Shown piece after piece: positions 37,612 through 41,364 of a DNA stretch of 41,364 nt. Each line of letters starts with the position of its first letter. Within the stretch, counting starts at the first letter, position 1. The stretch is taken from positions 1 to 41,364 of IMG/VR virus record IMGVR_UViG_2563366951_000005. One strand, given 5' to 3'. The notes below the pieces were generated by a model that ran no database searches, had not been told where the DNA came from, and worked only from the letters and a program-made list of their open reading frames with translations. The DNA comes from a virus (Duplodnaviria; Heunggongvirae; Uroviricota; Caudoviricetes). The translations under genes and the position numbers were made by a program.

Positions 37612-38039
37612 TGCCAGAAGAAATGCCAAAAGGTCTGGCTGGTCAGATTGTCAGTCTTCTGGCGCATAACATCGGGGATAAATTTTTGGCACAGAAAATC
37701 TGGAACGCCTGCCGCACCGCCATGCATCTGGGTGCCGAAAACACCGAGTCGCGCTGCACCATGCAGCCCGCGTCAGCATTAGATTCTTTGCCCTCAAATG
37801 CCGATTCGCGCTGCAGCAACTCTCCGGTGATTCCGGATGGTTGGAAACTGGTACCGATTGTGCCGACGGAGAAGATGGTTATCGAAGGCTTCGAGTCGGA
37901 GCCAGACGAATTCTTCAGTAAATCTGAAGTGTGGGAGGCGTATCAGAAAATGAGTGGCTGCGAACAAGCGGCGCATCGGGCCAAGTTATGCTGGGCAGCG
38001 ATGATCTCAGCAGCACCACAACAGGAGGTGAAGCTGTGA
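37611..38039 (+). CDS. hypothetical protein (about 140 aa; GTG 37611 or ATG 37623 start)
   Basis: ORF in series with neighbours; start codon uncertain. Confidence 0.55.
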   Translation: MPEEMPKGLAGQIVSLLAHNIGDKFLAQKIWNACRTAMHLGAENTESRCTMQPASALDSLPSNADSRCSNSPVIPDGWKLVPIVPTEKMVIEGFESEPDEFFSKSEVWEAYQKMSGCEQAAHRAKLCWAAMISAAPQQEVKL

Positions 38040-38275
38040 CTAAATCAGAATTCCTCCAGAAGGTAGCGGTGCTGGCCGGTGAATGCCATAAGTTGGCCTG
38101 TGAGCTGGACATAGGCGATGAACGAATAGAGATGTTCGAGATTTATGAAGTGCTTCGCCGAATCCAGCGGAGTGGTGCAGCCGGTGAAATGCTGGCTGCA
38201 ACAAACCCTTTACTATCCCCTGGAATACCTGAGGACACTGAATGGGTAAATTTCCATAAAGAGGATGAGGCCTGA
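38036..38275 (+). CDS. hypothetical protein (79 aa, GTG start)
   Basis: GTG 38036 preceded by AGGAGG at 7 nt; GTGA overlap with upstream stop. Confidence 0.55.
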   Translation: MTKSEFLQKVAVLAGECHKLACELDIGDERIEMFEIYEVLRRIQRSGAAGEMLAATNPLLSPGIPEDTEWVNFHKEDEA

Positions 38276-38451
38276 TGCCTAAGACAATCATCATAACCAT
38301 CGAAATTGATGTTCCGGATCACGCTACCGATAGCGACATATCAGATTGGGTAGACGTCGAGTACGGGCAGTGTGGTGGACAAAAATTAGATAACCCCTGC
38401 CGTGGCGATGCCACTGAAGTAATAAACCATTCATGGAAATTTGAGAGCTAA
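38275..38451 (+). CDS. small hypothetical protein (58 aa, below ORF-track cutoff)
   Basis: Hand-translated MPKTIIITIEIDVPDHATDSD...; ATGA overlap upstream, 2-nt gap to next gene. Confidence 0.45.
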   Translation: MPKTIIITIEIDVPDHATDSDISDWVDVEYGQCGGQKLDNPCRGDATEVINHSWKFES

Positions 38452-38453
38452 CG

Positions 38454-39026
38454 ATGAACGATTTAATGATTGACCTCGAATCAATGGGGAAAAAGCCAAA
38501 CGCGCCGATCGTCTCAATTGGTGCCGTCTTTTTTAACCCTCAAACAGGTGAACTTGGCCAAGAATTCTACACGGCCGTCTCGCTTGAAAGCGCAATGGCT
38601 CAAGGCGCGGTACCGGATGGAGATACAATTCTTTGGTGGCTAAAACAAAGCCCTGAGGCGCGCTCAGCTATTTGCGTTGATGATGCGATGCCTATCACTG
38701 ATGCACTGTCGGAACTTAGCCATTTCATTCACCGGCATGCATATAATCTCAAATACATGAAGGTCTGGGGTAACGGGGCCACCTTTGACAATGTGATTCT
38801 GCGCGGAGCTTACGAACGCGCCGGACGCATTTGCCCGTGGGAATTTTGGAACGATCATGATGTACGCACGATTGTTACCCTCGGTCGCAGTGTTGGTTTC
38901 GATCCGAAGCGTGACATGCCTTTCATTGGCGATGTTCATAACGCCCTGGCTGATGCGCGCCATCAGGCAAAATATGTGTCAGCAATTTGGCAGAAAATTA
39001 TCCCTGCCACCAGCACCAACGAGTAA
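38454..39026 (+). CDS. DEDD-type 3'-5' exonuclease
   Basis: 190 aa; N-terminal IDLESMG (Exo I D-x-E) and later acidic/His motifs consistent with DnaQ-like fold. Confidence 0.65.
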   Translation: MNDLMIDLESMGKKPNAPIVSIGAVFFNPQTGELGQEFYTAVSLESAMAQGAVPDGDTILWWLKQSPEARSAICVDDAMPITDALSELSHFIHRHAYNLKYMKVWGNGATFDNVILRGAYERAGRICPWEFWNDHDVRTIVTLGRSVGFDPKRDMPFIGDVHNALADARHQAKYVSAIWQKIIPATSTNE

Positions 39027-39070
39027 ACCACTCAGCCCGGGTGCAGCCGGGCTTTATGGAGAAGGAAACC

Positions 39071-39280
39071 ATGGCAAAGCTAATGAAAGCGAGTCTCTGG
39101 AGTAAGCGCGAATTTACCAAAGACTCCATTCCTGACAACCGTACAATTAAACGTTGGGTCGAAAACGGATTACTCATGGGAAGGATTGTAGATGGTTCAG
39201 TTTTTGTCTATGAAACCGAAAAGTGGGGAGTTGACTCAATTGTTAATCAGGCGGTACGTCAGTTAATAATTGAGGGTTGA
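39071..39280 (+). CDS. xis: excisionase Xis
   Basis: 69 aa from ATG 39071 (RBS GGAGAAGG); TIKRWVENG...DGSVFVYETE resembles lambda Xis; immediately upstream of and overlapping int. Confidence 0.75.
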   Translation: MAKLMKASLWSKREFTKDSIPDNRTIKRWVENGLLMGRIVDGSVFVYETEKWGVDSIVNQAVRQLIIEG

Positions 39281-39282
39281 CC

Positions 39283-40464
39283 ATGGCAGCAAGGCCACGA
39301 AAAAAAGAATACCGCCACCTTCCTGATTATCTTTTTTTTGATAAAGATCGTGGCGTGTATAAGTTCACGCTTATAACTGGGAAAAAGAAAACTCTCGGTT
39401 CGGATCGAGTAATGGCTATCGCCATCGCCCGAGAATATAACCTGAGGATGCGCCCTGAAAATACACCATCGATAGATTCATTAATTCGGGAATCGGGAGG
39501 GCTGAATGGTGAAGCCCACCCGTTTTCTGAACATGTTGATCGCATTATGGAGAGAGCGATCAAAGATGAGCAGCCGTCTAAAAGCACACTTGACGATTGG
39601 AATAATGATGCCATCAGGGTTAAAGAATTTTTTAATAACATACCCGCATGCGATATTGAGCTTGAGCACGTAAATGCCTACATACGAAATTACCATTCTG
39701 AATCGTCGGCCAATGTTCAGAACCGAAAAGTTAGCTTCCTGAAAAAGCTATTCTCTTATGCTGTTGATGAATCGCTAATGATGGATAACCCTGCAACACG
39801 GAAAAAAATGCGGCGTGTCGATAAAAAGGTCCGCCGGCGACTCACTTTGGAACAGTTCTTGGCCATACATGCAGCTGCTGAACCTTGGCTGAAGACTGCA
39901 ATGGACCTTGCCATACAAACTACGCAAGCGCGCCTGGAAGTTTCCCGGATCCGGTACTCGATCAAGGAACCTCAAGAAGGGGTTTGCGGCTGTGTATGGT
40001 TCGATCAGGAGGAGGCTGGCATATTCGGAACGCTTTACATTCACCGGCAAAAAGTGCAGCACAAAGAGGCTTCACACGTCGCTATTCCGATCGGCAGGGC
40101 CCTGAAAGAGATCATCGACAACAGCAGAGACAATGTGGCCAGTCCTTATGTTGTTCACCGGCTTCTGGAAAAGAGAAGCAATCCGATAAGTAAGGAAGTT
40201 AACCACCCAACACAGGTGGCCCCTGATTATTTGAGCAGGGCATTTTCAGAGCTGCGGGACCGGATAGGTGTAGCGGCAGAATTACCTATCAAAGAAAGGC
40301 CAACTTTCCACGAAATTAGAGCGCTGGCGGCTCATATTTTCGAAAGACAAGGTATCGATCCGCAGGCAAGGATGGCCCATAGTGATGCAAAATCGACAAA
40401 AATTTATACCCAGAATCATGTTGAATGGGTTGAAGTACCACATGCAGAAATAAAAATGGCATAG
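39283..40464 (+). CDS. int: tyrosine integrase (lambda Int family)
   Basis: 393 aa from ATG 39283 (RBS GAGGG); C-terminal catalytic region ERPTFHEIRALAAH...HSDAKSTKIY matches lambda Int pattern as recalled. Confidence 0.9.
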   Translation: MAARPRKKEYRHLPDYLFFDKDRGVYKFTLITGKKKTLGSDRVMAIAIAREYNLRMRPENTPSIDSLIRESGGLNGEAHPFSEHVDRIMERAIKDEQPSKSTLDDWNNDAIRVKEFFNNIPACDIELEHVNAYIRNYHSESSANVQNRKVSFLKKLFSYAVDESLMMDNPATRKKMRRVDKKVRRRLTLEQFLAIHAAAEPWLKTAMDLAIQTTQARLEVSRIRYSIKEPQEGVCGCVWFDQEEAGIFGTLYIHRQKVQHKEASHVAIPIGRALKEIIDNSRDNVASPYVVHRLLEKRSNPISKEVNHPTQVAPDYLSRAFSELRDRIGVAAELPIKERPTFHEIRALAAHIFERQGIDPQARMAHSDAKSTKIYTQNHVEWVEVPHAEIKMA

Positions 40465-40700
40465 AAAAAGGCACCTGATGGTGCCTTGAATAAAGTCTTG
40501 AATAAGACACCCGAAGGTGCCTTAAGTGGTTCTCTTAGCAACGAACTAAGAACGCCCACGCCTCATACCCATAATCATGAGCATCAAGGACTTTTGCGGA
40601 TTTCCCACGTACCTTGCGGTAACGGCAGAAAACCCAACGGAACCCTTTTGGTGCCGCTTTCGAAGCGATAGATTTCAAACTCATTCATGTAACACCTCCT
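40465..40700. other. putative attachment-site region downstream of int, core not identified
   Basis: By analogy with lambda (att immediately 3' of int); contains hairpin AAGGCACC-TGAT-GGTGCCTT and repeated CTTGAATAA. Confidence 0.3.
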
Positions 40701-40808
40701 TACCAAGAGAGATTTTTCCCTTGAACATCTTCCCTGAAGGTGTTAGTTTCAGGCTGTCTATTGAAGCTGTTCACGGTGGTGACGCCTCTCGGATTCATCA
40801 CCTTAAGA

Positions 40809-40844
40809 CCCCTTGCATTGGTTGGCGCCAAGCAGGGGGTTTTT
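40809..40844 (+). terminator. plus-strand stem-loop (CCCCUUGC ... GCAGGGGG) followed by T5
   Basis: 8-bp stem with palindromic loop TTGGCGCCAA and T-run; overlaps the stop of the convergent ImmA-like gene. Confidence 0.4.
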
Positions 40845-41364
40845 ACATTTTGTCTAACTGATATCGTGCGGCCACTAATGATACTCCGCATGCCTCAGCT
40901 ACATTTTCAGCACTCATACCTTTCAGAACATTGGCATGAATAGCCGGTACTAATAGCTCACCACTGAAACATTTGGCTTGCCACTCACTACTCTCAAAAG
41001 GGCGGATTTTTACCCCTGGAGCAGAACGCGCGAAAGCAATGTTCCTGTGCATGAGAAGATGTCCCAGTTCATGTGCGGCAGTCATCCTGTCACGCCCTAC
41101 CCCATTCAAAGCACCCTCGTAAATGTCTTCACGAAGAATCAATAAATGTTCCTGTGGGTAGGTGAGACCGTGCGTCTCCCCCATTTCCTTCATCCCACCG
41201 ATATGGAGTTCAAAATCTGGGATCAACTGAGGCAATGCGAACTCAATCACCTCCATAACAGGAAACATCAGACCTGTAATACCGAAGGTGCTCCGCAGAG
41301 ATCTGACGATAGAACGTATTGATTCGCGGTTCTGCGGGGGTACACGATAATCTTGTCCGCTCAA
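40843..41364 (-). CDS. ImmA/IrrE-family zinc metallopeptidase domain protein (HExxH), 5' end outside window
   Basis: HELGHLLMH motif in a minus-strand ORF running in from the window end; C-terminal 173 aa present. Confidence 0.6.
   Translation of the reverse strand: MSGQDYRVPPQNRESIRSIVRSLRSTFGITGLMFPVMEVIEFALPQLIPDFELHIGGMKEMGETHGLTYPQEHLLILREDIYEGALNGVGRDRMTAAHELGHLLMHRNIAFARSAPGVKIRPFESSEWQAKCFSGELLVPAIHANVLKGMSAENVAEACGVSLVAARYQLDKM

Noticed and set aside
40486-40671. 61-aa plus-strand ORF in the region downstream of int
   Set aside because: No RBS, lies in the hairpin-rich putative attachment region; likely non-coding.

Overview
This window is a nearly complete lambda-like (cos-type, siphovirus) prophage of an enterobacterium, lying in inverted orientation relative to the standard lambda map. 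Coordinates 1-20700 (minus strand) carry the lambda morphogenetic operon in canonical order: Nu1, A, W, B, C, D, E, FI, FII, Z, U, V, G/GT, H, M, L, K, I, J, then two unknown ORFs, a small lipoprotein and the start of a side tail fibre gene. A lambda-type cos site sits at about 20867-20878, with the cohesive end differing from lambda at 2 of 12 positions. Between cos and the lysis genes are three small cargo ORFs. The lysis cassette is pinholin, SAR endolysin and spanin. Upstream of it are a DPPY DNA methyltransferase and a probable antiterminator Q with a promoter-terminator region. The early-right operon (minus strand, tightly coupled) runs cro-like, CII-like, replication initiator with internal iteron-like repeats, Dam-like MTase, C5-cytosine MTase, antirepressor, DUF968/HNH-like protein, Q. 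The CI repressor (plus strand) is flanked by pR and pL, both of which carry the same 13-bp palindrome in their spacers. The pL operon (plus strand) encodes a ClpX zinc-finger-like protein, RdgC, an HD-domain protein, several small unknown proteins, a DEDD exonuclease, Xis and Int. Beyond int are a hairpin-rich putative attachment region and a partial ImmA/IrrE-type metallopeptidase gene. No rRNA, tRNA or CRISPR array was recognised. All homology calls rest on reading the translations and on recalled lambda protein and cos sequences; no database search was run. The most unusual features are the three DNA methyltransferases, the ClpX-zinc-finger-like first gene of the pL operon with an antisense zinc-ribbon ORF, the unannotatable cargo genes next to cos, and intrinsic terminators placed inside the late operon.
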